From NCBI GenBank assembly GCA_010093815.1, contig ML996565.1: 64,000 bases of DNA. One strand, 5' to 3'. This document shows positions 63,302 through 64,000 of this stretch, in pieces. The stretch's first letter is position 1. The number at the start of each line of letters is the position of its first letter. The notes below the pieces were generated by a model that saw nothing but the letters and a program-made list of their open reading frames with translations, had not been told where the DNA came from and ran no database searches. Both the position numbers and the translations under genes were made by a program. Origin of the DNA: Pseudovirgaria hyperparasitica. Taxonomy: Eukaryota.

Positions 63302-64000
63302 CTGCGATGATAGCCTTCTTTGTTGCAGACTCATGTACAACTTAGCCTAGCTCGGCATCTCCCAAAGAGTACGTAGCCTCCACGCTGTGATCTGGCTGCT
63401 CCGGCATTTCGATGTTGTCTTTGGAATATAGATGAACGAGTCCATATATATTTACTACCCTTCTTGTGCAGACAGACCGTAAGTGATGTAAATACGTACT
63501 TGACCGCACATTCTACCCAGTGGTGCATTCTTTGATATGTGATCCTGTTCTGATGTAAGTAAGACAGTCAACGACCCCGCTAGCTTGGTAAGTAAGAGCG
63601 CATCAAGTAATCACTCAGGGCTAAAACTGTGGTCTTAGTAAGCGCATTGTGCAATATGCTGGATCATATGCCTTCCCAGGCGGACACGATGAGACCGTTG
63701 GTGGATCGATAGGATATATGATGTGACGCTTAGAGACTGTGCCGCTACTAAATATAGATCACTCTCATGATTTCTGTAGAGATGTGCGGTGGATCTGCAT
63801 ATACGCTAGACAAAGCGCTACCGGGTCACAGTCATCGGATCATTGTATTGATGAGATATTGACGTTGTGAGGCTTTTTCAAGCAAAGTGATGAATTGACA
63901 TGGAAAACAATATATAGATGAGGGGAAAGCTGGTCATAGTGAAACAATGTGAGTATGAACTGATAATACCCTGATTGGGTTCATAGCTTTACTGCCACTC

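Noticed and set aside
63888..63963. GTGATGA...CTGA spaced like a C/D snoRNA
   Set aside because: No terminal stem and no guide complementary to rRNA that I could identify.
1..64000. CRISPR arrays, tRNA/rRNA genes, intact transposons, TPP riboswitch, PKS/NRPS backbone genes
   Set aside because: None seen by eye; a tRNAscan-SE/cmscan run would be needed to exclude small RNAs formally.

Overview
Eukaryotic, intron-containing genomic DNA from a filamentous ascomycete (Pezizomycotina; probably a Dothideomycete, which is inference). I reconstructed 21 protein-coding genes by hand from GT/GC-AG introns with CTRAY-type branch sites and checked reading frame across each junction. They are CUL4 (partial), MGM1, DUG3, a conserved hypothetical, POT1, importin-alpha, ASE1, a CFEM/PTH11-like GPCR, a CCCH protein, TRAP-alpha/IRC22, a PY-motif hypothetical, a DUF1308 protein, SRP9/21, CHS7, a GH16, CDC25 RasGEF, a C2H2 TF, an SDR, a Zn2Cys6 TF and a methyltransferase; the 21st is a truncated cytochrome P450 pseudogene. 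Most of the window is housekeeping. The most notable unexplained signal is a fully nested, G-U-rich secondary structure of about 270-420 nt on the + strand at 26.8-27.2 kb. It looks like an unannotated ncRNA, and I could not assign it to a known family. Other points: a heavily RIP-mutated AT-rich relic (~30 kb), non-canonical splice sites (GC donor in CHS7, GAG acceptor before a Zn2Cys6 exon), a leader intron with a uORF/N-terminal-extension switch on the C2H2 TF, and an SDR/TF pair whose stop codons are 3 bp apart. No database searches or folding programs were run; all calls come from reading the sequence.
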